A stretch of DNA of 64,000 bases, from assembly GCA_018662225.1 (NCBI GenBank), contig JABJGO010000088.1, positions 42,830 to 106,829 of the forward strand, read 5' to 3'. Both the position numbers and the translations under genes were made by a program. Positions within the stretch are counted from its first letter, which is position 1. The number at the start of each line of letters is the position of its first letter. The DNA comes from Rhodospirillales bacterium. GTDB lineage: Bacteria > Pseudomonadota > Alphaproteobacteria > Rhodospirillales > Casp-alpha2. Shown here piece after piece: positions 58,092-64,000 of the stretch. The notes beneath the pieces are model-generated. The model had not been told where the DNA came from, searched no databases, and was given only the letters and a program-made list of their open reading frames with translations.

Positions 58092-58888
58092 CGGGGTTTA
58101 CGGGCGCGCAGGTTGCAGTGGACCAGCGCGCCCCCCTGCAAGGCTTCCAGCCGGTTTATGGCGCGGATAACGATGTCTTCATATCCCTCGTCGCCGAGCG
58201 ACTGTGTTAGTTCGCTTCGTAACGGACCACGAGATTTTTCCAGATATTGGGCGCTCAAATTGGTAATCCAGTCACTGTTGTTTTTCAGCTCTACGTTTTC
58301 AAACCCGGCGTTTTCAATTTCCCTGGTTGTCTGTTCTTCGGAGGCGAAGAAGAAATTCAAACCCGCAGCACATAAGTGATCGCACCATTTTGTGTAGGCC
58401 GCTCTGCCCGGACCATCGCAGTCATACAACCAGTCGCTGCCTATGAGATATCCACCGGGTCGTATAACCCGACAAATTTCCGCGTAGAACGGAGGCTTGT
58501 CTTCGATATGACAGAGCATTTCCTTGCATACCACCACATCGTAACTGGCATCGGGAATGGGGAATGGGCCAGGTTCAACCTGCTCCAATTCAATTCGATC
58601 TTCCAGACCCGTTGCCCGAACCCGTTCGCGGGCGCGCGACAATACTGAGGCTTCCAGATCTATCCCGTGCACCCGCCGGGCACCGTGGTTGCGCGCCAAC
58701 GCCACAACCCCGCCGCCAAGACCACAGCCAATTTCCAGAACATCACGGCCTTCTAGATCGAGACCTTCGGTTATTCGGTGAACTGATTCCTCGCCCCCTG
58801 GCGACAGGAATCCTTCACCATACACCAGTTCAATACCGGCAATTACGGCGTCGCTATATTGGCCTTGGGGATTGTTGTTACCCGGCAT
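58088..58888 (-). CDS. Class I SAM-dependent methyltransferase resembling phosphoethanolamine N-methyltransferase catalytic domains
   Basis: YGEGFLSPGG, VLEIGCGLGGG, GIDLE, LCHIEDKP and IRPGGYLIGSDW, collinear with PEAMT/PMT-type domains. Confidence 0.7.
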   Translation of the reverse strand: MPGNNNPQGQYSDAVIAGIELVYGEGFLSPGGEESVHRITEGLDLEGRDVLEIGCGLGGGVVALARNHGARRVHGIDLEASVLSRARERVRATGLEDRIELEQVEPGPFPIPDASYDVVVCKEMLCHIEDKPPFYAEICRVIRPGGYLIGSDWLYDCDGPGRAAYTKWCDHLCAAGLNFFFASEEQTTREIENAGFENVELKNNSDWITNLSAQYLEKSRGPLRSELTQSLGDEGYEDIVIRAINRLEALQGGALVHCNLRARKPR

Positions 58889-59126
58889 GCAGTTTCACCA
58901 ACATTTATAACCATACAAAAATTATGATTATTAATGTTGGGGTATTTGAGGGGGAAGATCAATAGTCACGACTGCATAGCCAAACGCTATCCAACACAAA
59001 GTAAATTGGAAATTTAATTATTCAAGATGTCGTGCCAAGTTCTGATTTGGAATAACCACAACATTGACAAGAGTAATCGAAACGAACCCAAAAAAGTAGA
59101 CCAATCTGTGAAAGCGAGGTGCTGAC

Positions 59127-60584
59127 GTGGAGGGATTTAACGGAAAACTAGTGGGCTCTGTCTATCCCATTACCCCTGACGAATGCAAAATGGTGCATGA
59201 TGCCGCCATTCGCGTTCTTCAAGAGGGCGGTGTCAGGTGCGATGACGAGCGGGCGGCCAAGATGTTTGAGGCTGTCGGGTGTACGCTCGAGAATGATCGC
59301 CAGCTGGTCAAAATCTCCGAAAAAGTTGTTATGGCAGCTTTGGAAACCTGCCCCAGCAATTTTACACTGCACGGTCGCAATGACCCCAGCAAGGACTGTT
59401 CGATTGGCACGGGTGAGGTGCACTTCTGCACGGTGACGGGCCGCTATATTGATGATGTTCGTACCGGCGAGCGACGCAAAGTCACCCGCCAGGATGCCAT
59501 TGATGGCACGTTAATGGCAGACGCACTGGAAAATGTGCATGGTCTGTATAAGCCCGTCATGTGGATTTATGACGAAGAAATGATCTGTAACTCACAGATC
59601 CTGACCACAGAATGGATGAAGCACACCAATAAGCCGGGCACCTGGGTCTATAACACAGGCGCCGAGCATGAAGTATCCGATCTGATCAAAATGTGGCAGA
59701 TCGCGGCTGGTGGTGAAGAGGAAATGCGCGCCAAACCCCATATGCTGGGTCACGTTGTGGTCAACCCACCGCGCGTTATTGATGTTCACTATACAGACTG
59801 GCTCATGGGCTTCTGTGATTCGGGCACGCCCCTTTCTATTGAGAGCGCACTCATGGGCGGTGCCACGGGTCCGGCGACCCGCGCGGGTATGCTGGTTCAG
59901 TGCATGGTCGAAATCTATGCGCTTGTGGTTCAGGCGCAAAGCTATAAACCCGGCCATCCGCTGGCATTTTGCTCATTCAACCCAGCCATGGATATGCGCA
60001 CAGGTCTATGGGCCACCGGAACACCGGAATATGGCATTAATGGCGGTGGTATTGCGGCCATGGCCAAATATCACAACGTCCCGGTGGTCGGTTTCGGTAT
60101 GAGTGACAGTTGTGATTTTGATCAGCAATCGGCTTATGAAAAGGCACTAAAAAGCTACAATTATGCGCTTGCGGGATTGAGCTGGATCATAGATCTGGGC
60201 GGCACAGCAGGGTTTAATCTGGTGTCCTGGCCCGAAATGGTTCTGGAAAACGAAATGGCTGCCTATATCGGCGAGTATCTTAAAGGGATCGTGATTGATG
60301 AAGAACGTCTCGCCGTAGATACCATCCTGAAAGTCGGCCCGCTTCCCGGCAGTTACATGAAAGAGAAGCACACCCGGCAGTGGTTTCGAAAGGAATTTTA
60401 CATTCCAGAACTGAGCAACAAGGAATTCTTTGAATCGTGGGAGCGCGAGCACGTTGAGTTGCAGGATAAGGCAAAAGCCAAAGCGCTCGATATTCTCGAT
60501 AATCACGAGTCCCCGGTCGATCCGGCAATCCAGCAGGAACTGGATGATTATCTCGCACACTGCATGAAGCGTGATCTCGGTTAA
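59127..60584 (+). CDS. MttB-superfamily methyltransferase, non-pyrrolysine type (quaternary amine:corrinoid methyltransferase, MtgB-like)
   Basis: 485 aa uninterrupted ORF with no in-frame TAG. Size and sequence are typical of the family. GTG start follows GAGGTG. Confidence 0.85.
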   Translation: MEGFNGKLVGSVYPITPDECKMVHDAAIRVLQEGGVRCDDERAAKMFEAVGCTLENDRQLVKISEKVVMAALETCPSNFTLHGRNDPSKDCSIGTGEVHFCTVTGRYIDDVRTGERRKVTRQDAIDGTLMADALENVHGLYKPVMWIYDEEMICNSQILTTEWMKHTNKPGTWVYNTGAEHEVSDLIKMWQIAAGGEEEMRAKPHMLGHVVVNPPRVIDVHYTDWLMGFCDSGTPLSIESALMGGATGPATRAGMLVQCMVEIYALVVQAQSYKPGHPLAFCSFNPAMDMRTGLWATGTPEYGINGGGIAAMAKYHNVPVVGFGMSDSCDFDQQSAYEKALKSYNYALAGLSWIIDLGGTAGFNLVSWPEMVLENEMAAYIGEYLKGIVIDEERLAVDTILKVGPLPGSYMKEKHTRQWFRKEFYIPELSNKEFFESWEREHVELQDKAKAKALDILDNHESPVDPAIQQELDDYLAHCMKRDLG

Positions 60585-60612
60585 GAACATACAGATACAG
60601 GAGACTTCACTC

Positions 60613-61296
60613 ATGGGTATCGTAATTGATGATGAATACTTCGAGAAATTGGCACAAACCGTTATCGACGGTGAAGATGAAGAATGTGTCAGGCTGGTAA
60701 ATGAAGGCCTGGAAGCTGGTGTGGACCCTCTCGAAGCCGTTGAGAGAGGGCTGGCAAAGGGCATCAATCAGGTCGGTGTTGATTTCGGAGCTGGCGTTAT
60801 CTTCCTGCCGGAACTCGCTATGGCAGCCGATGTCATGAAAGAAGGGGCTGCCATTCTTGATGCCAAAATCAAGGAAGCGGGCGAAAAGCGGATGTCTCAC
60901 GGCAAAATTGTGATTGGCACCATCAAGGGTGACATACACGATATCGGAAAATCCGTGGTCGCTGCCGTTTTACAGGCGAATGGCTATGATGTTGTCGACA
61001 TCGGTATTGATGTGGATATCGATGCATTCATTCAGGCGGTTAAAGACAACGATGCCGATGCACTCGGTATGTCCACACTGCTAACACTTCCGCTCATGGA
61101 AATGGAGAAAGTCATTATACGCCTGAAAGAAATCGGCATGCGCGACAGCATTAAAGTTATTGTCGGGGGTTGCCCTGTCACGCAGGAATTTGCTGACGAG
61201 ATTGGGGCTGACGCCGTCGGCTTCGATGCCCAGGATGCCGTGTTCAAGCTCGATGGACTCATGGGGGTTAACCGACCAATTGCCAGTGCCGGGTAA
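60613..61296 (+). CDS. Corrinoid (B12)-binding protein (MtgC/MtbC-like)
   Basis: N-terminal helical cap domain and the B12-binding DxHxxG motif (GDIHDIGK). Start follows AGGAGA. Confidence 0.85.
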   Translation: MGIVIDDEYFEKLAQTVIDGEDEECVRLVNEGLEAGVDPLEAVERGLAKGINQVGVDFGAGVIFLPELAMAADVMKEGAAILDAKIKEAGEKRMSHGKIVIGTIKGDIHDIGKSVVAAVLQANGYDVVDIGIDVDIDAFIQAVKDNDADALGMSTLLTLPLMEMEKVIIRLKEIGMRDSIKVIVGGCPVTQEFADEIGADAVGFDAQDAVFKLDGLMGVNRPIASAG

Positions 61297-61301
61297 ACCA
61301 C

Positions 61302-62114
61302 ATGATTATTGTCGGAGAACGGATCAACAGCACGAGAAAACCGATCACGGCGGCCCTGGAGGCTCATGACGAAGCTCACATCGTGAATGAAGCCCGGCGG
61401 CAATGGGATACCGGTGCGGCATACCTGGATGTGAACACGGCCATGATGCGCGCTGGTGAGCCTGAGGCCATGACGTGGGTCATCGAGCTCATTCAGAACG
61501 AAATTCCGGAAGCCCAGATTGCCATTGATAGCGCCAACCCGGAAGCCGTTGAAGCCGGGTTCAAGGCACATCAGGGTCGCGCGTTACTAAATTCCATCAA
61601 TATGGAAAAAGAGCGCATGGAGTCTATCATTCCGCTCATTCGAGAGCACAAACCAAGGGTGATCGGCCTGACCATCGATGATAACGGCGTCACTCAGGAC
61701 GCCGACAAGCGGTTTGATCTCGGCGTCCAATTGATAGAACTGTTGACTAAGAATGATATTGATCTGGATGATATTTTTATTGATCCACTGATCTTTCCTG
61801 TCAGCGCCGAATTACAGGCTGGCAATGTTTCACTCAACATCATGGGCCGACTGAAAGAACAATACCCCGGCGTACACATGGTGTGCGGCCTATCAAATAT
61901 TTCGTTTGGACTGCCCGAACGAAAATTGATCAACCAGGTCTATATGATGATGGCCATGGGCCGGGGGCTGGATGCGGCGATCATTGATCCGCTTGATAAG
62001 CGTATGATGGCCAGCATTATCACAGCCCGAACATTACTGGGCCAGGACAAAGCCTGTAAAGGATATCTCAAGGCATATCGCAGCGACGGGTTAAATCTGG
62101 AACTTGTCCCATAG
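61302..62114 (+). CDS. Pterin-binding methylcorrinoid:tetrahydrofolate methyltransferase (MtgA/MtrH-like)
   Basis: 270 aa TIM-barrel pterin-binding family with N-terminal IIVGERINSTRK. Confidence 0.75.
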   Translation: MIIVGERINSTRKPITAALEAHDEAHIVNEARRQWDTGAAYLDVNTAMMRAGEPEAMTWVIELIQNEIPEAQIAIDSANPEAVEAGFKAHQGRALLNSINMEKERMESIIPLIREHKPRVIGLTIDDNGVTQDADKRFDLGVQLIELLTKNDIDLDDIFIDPLIFPVSAELQAGNVSLNIMGRLKEQYPGVHMVCGLSNISFGLPERKLINQVYMMMAMGRGLDAAIIDPLDKRMMASIITARTLLGQDKACKGYLKAYRSDGLNLELVP

Positions 62115-62121
62115 GGTCGTG

Positions 62122-63990
62122 ATGGGCACACACCACACCACTGTCAGGTTTTCTGAAGCTTCCGAGGCATTGGACTGTCCGACAGGTGACAGCCTGTTAC
62201 AACTCGCGCAGCAAAACGGTGTAGATATTACGGCCACATGCGGTGGCCGTGGCCGGTGCCGAAGTTGCCGCATCAAACTGGTTGAAGGTAACCTGCCCGA
62301 ACCCACAGTCGCCGACCGCGCGCAGTTGAGCGGAGAGGAAATTCGCGAAAGATACCGTCTGTCGTGCCAGTGCCTGTTGACTAGCGATGCGACTGTATCC
62401 ATCGCACCACCCATAAATGAGACTTCCTTCCAGATTCTTAGCGAAACGGGTGAGCGCGATGAGGGGCATGTGTGGAAACTCGATAGTGGCATCACAAAAA
62501 CCTACCTTCATCCTGAGCGGCCTTCTACCGAGTCGCAAAAGACGTCAGAGAGCGAAGTGCTGCTTGGTGCATCAGAATCCGGTAACGGACTGGATATCGG
62601 CCTGGATACGGTTCGGCGAATACCCGAGATGCTTGATGATATAAGCGGCGGTGTCACGGTGACCCGGTTTAGGGGGCAAATACTGTCTATTGAGGCCGGT
62701 GACACATCGCCTCAATCATTTGGTTTGGCTTTTGATATCGGCACCACGACGGTTGTTGCATACCTTATCAACCTGATCACGGGGGAAACTGTTTCATCTG
62801 TATCCGGGTTAAATCCGCAGACAGTTTTTGGCGGCGATCTGATCTCGCGTATAACATTTGCCGCTGAACAACCTTCGAACGTTCAAAAACTCCATTCACG
62901 CATCATTGCGTATCTGAATGATCTGAGTAAGCAGGCTTGCCAACTTGCGGGCGTCGAGTGTGATCATGTGTACAAAGCTGTCATCGTCGGCAATACCTGC
63001 ATGCATCATTTGTTACTGGGGATTGATCCCACCTCTGTGGGGAAGGCGCCGTACCTTCCGATCATCCGTCATTCATATGCCTGTTCGGCGCGCGAGGCAG
63101 GGTTGCGGCTAAATCGTGGAGCCCGACTATTCATGCTGCCCCTGGTGGCGGGGTTTGTTGGTGCCGATACAGTGGGCATGATCCTCTCCACCGGGATCGA
63201 CGATAAACCGGGCATTTGCATTGCTGCCGATATTGGCACAAATGCCGAGGTCGTGCTAAGTGGCCCTGACGGCATTATCGCTTGTTCATCGCCCGCCGGG
63301 CCGGCACTCGAAGGGGGGCAAATCCACGACGGTATGCGCGCGGCTCTCGGGGCCATCGACAAGGTATCAATTGATGAGGATATCCGTATTCATACGATTG
63401 GCGATGTTCCGGCCTTGGGAATTTGTGGGTCAGGGTTGATTGATGCCGTTGCCGCATTACTGGACGTAGGCATTATTGCGCCATCGGGCCGGATGGTGCT
63501 CGAGCCGGAAAAACAGCTCCCCGAACCTTTGGTCGGCCGCCTGCGGCTTGGAGCGGATGACAGACCTGAATTCGTATTGGTCTGGGCCGATTCCAGCGCC
63601 AACCGCACCGATATTGTACTCAGCCAAGGCGATATTCGAGAGCTTCAACTGGCCAAGGCCGCAATCATAAGCGGCGTCGAGGCCCTAGTCGTACAAGCCG
63701 GCGTGGCGACTGATGATATTGCTGAGTTCATGCTTGCTGGCGGGTTTGGAAACTATCTGAACATTCACAGCGCGCGACGGATCGGTCTGATCCCTGATAT
63801 TCCAGCCGACCGCATCCGATATGTCGCCAACGCCGCTGGATCGGGCGCGCAAATGGCCCTGTTGTCGGAGACCGAGCGGGACAGGGCAGACGCGTTGGCA
63901 GAGTCAGTGACGCACATCTCACTGGCGGGGTACCCTGAGTTTCAAAAAATGTACCTGGGTGCCATGGGTTTCCCAAAGATGATAAGATGA
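62122..63990 (+). CDS. Reductive activator of corrinoid proteins (RACo/AcsV-like: [2Fe-2S] ferredoxin + ASKHA ATPase)
   Basis: N-terminal plant-type ferredoxin Cys pattern (CGGRGRCRSCRIKL...C) and an ASKHA-type body (DIGTTTV; ADIGTNAE). Confidence 0.8.
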   Translation: MGTHHTTVRFSEASEALDCPTGDSLLQLAQQNGVDITATCGGRGRCRSCRIKLVEGNLPEPTVADRAQLSGEEIRERYRLSCQCLLTSDATVSIAPPINETSFQILSETGERDEGHVWKLDSGITKTYLHPERPSTESQKTSESEVLLGASESGNGLDIGLDTVRRIPEMLDDISGGVTVTRFRGQILSIEAGDTSPQSFGLAFDIGTTTVVAYLINLITGETVSSVSGLNPQTVFGGDLISRITFAAEQPSNVQKLHSRIIAYLNDLSKQACQLAGVECDHVYKAVIVGNTCMHHLLLGIDPTSVGKAPYLPIIRHSYACSAREAGLRLNRGARLFMLPLVAGFVGADTVGMILSTGIDDKPGICIAADIGTNAEVVLSGPDGIIACSSPAGPALEGGQIHDGMRAALGAIDKVSIDEDIRIHTIGDVPALGICGSGLIDAVAALLDVGIIAPSGRMVLEPEKQLPEPLVGRLRLGADDRPEFVLVWADSSANRTDIVLSQGDIRELQLAKAAIISGVEALVVQAGVATDDIAEFMLAGGFGNYLNIHSARRIGLIPDIPADRIRYVANAAGSGAQMALLSETERDRADALAESVTHISLAGYPEFQKMYLGAMGFPKMIR

Positions 63991-64000
63991 GAACATGAAC

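Noticed and set aside
58889-59126. Possible cobalamin riboswitch upstream of the corrinoid-dependent MttB cassette.
   Set aside because: I could not find a B12-box-like element or the expected GC-rich helices. The region is AT-rich and only 238 nt long, shared with a divergent promoter. An Infernal scan would settle the question.
59127-60584. In-frame amber (pyrrolysine) codon in the MttB homologue.
   Set aside because: The ORF is uninterrupted over 485 codons and no pyl genes are present. This is a non-Pyl family member.
1-64000. CRISPR arrays, rRNA or tRNA genes, prophage or integrase genes, and classical defence systems (RM, CBASS, retron RT, Cas).
   Set aside because: I found no regularly spaced short repeats, no RNA-gene-like segments in the intergenic regions, and no integrase, RT, cyclase or Cas-like ORFs in the six-frame track.

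Overview
A 64 kb, gene-dense bacterial chromosomal window, about 90% coding. Gene content looks like an aerobic, marine-type proteobacterium, but that is inference only. I saw no rRNA, tRNA or CRISPR array.

Layout:
- 1-28 kb: housekeeping and accessory metabolism. This includes rimO, nadE, a dimethylglycine-dehydrogenase-family enzyme, a PAS histidine kinase, a USP, an APC permease, and an oxygenase-rich cluster with a PhnZ-like HD-domain protein next to a Rieske oxygenase. There is also an AT-rich TumE/TumA-like toxin-antitoxin islet and a large MBL plus 2x cNMP-binding protein.
- 28.1-29.7 kb: a visibly AT-rich junk or junction zone. It holds two diverged ~200 bp direct repeats, a tiny membrane-protein gene and an IS1182-family transposase remnant.
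- 29.7-58 kb: an island built around coenzyme F420. It carries a complete biosynthesis set (cofE, cofD, fbiC, cofC) and two LLM-class (F420-type) oxidoreductases. It also has a three-subunit molybdenum hydroxylase, an amidase and CoA-ester enzymes.
- 59-64 kb: a complete non-pyrrolysine MttB-type, corrinoid-dependent quaternary-amine demethylation cassette.

Main findings:
- A 2-oxoacid:acceptor oxidoreductase is translationally coupled to an FrhB-type F420-(de)hydrogenase-like subunit. This is a candidate 2-oxoacid:F420 oxidoreductase.
- A 32-nt motif, GTAAAC-N21-GTAAC, occurs four times with exactly the same spacing, each time in a promoter region of the F420-linked operons. This suggests a dedicated regulon.
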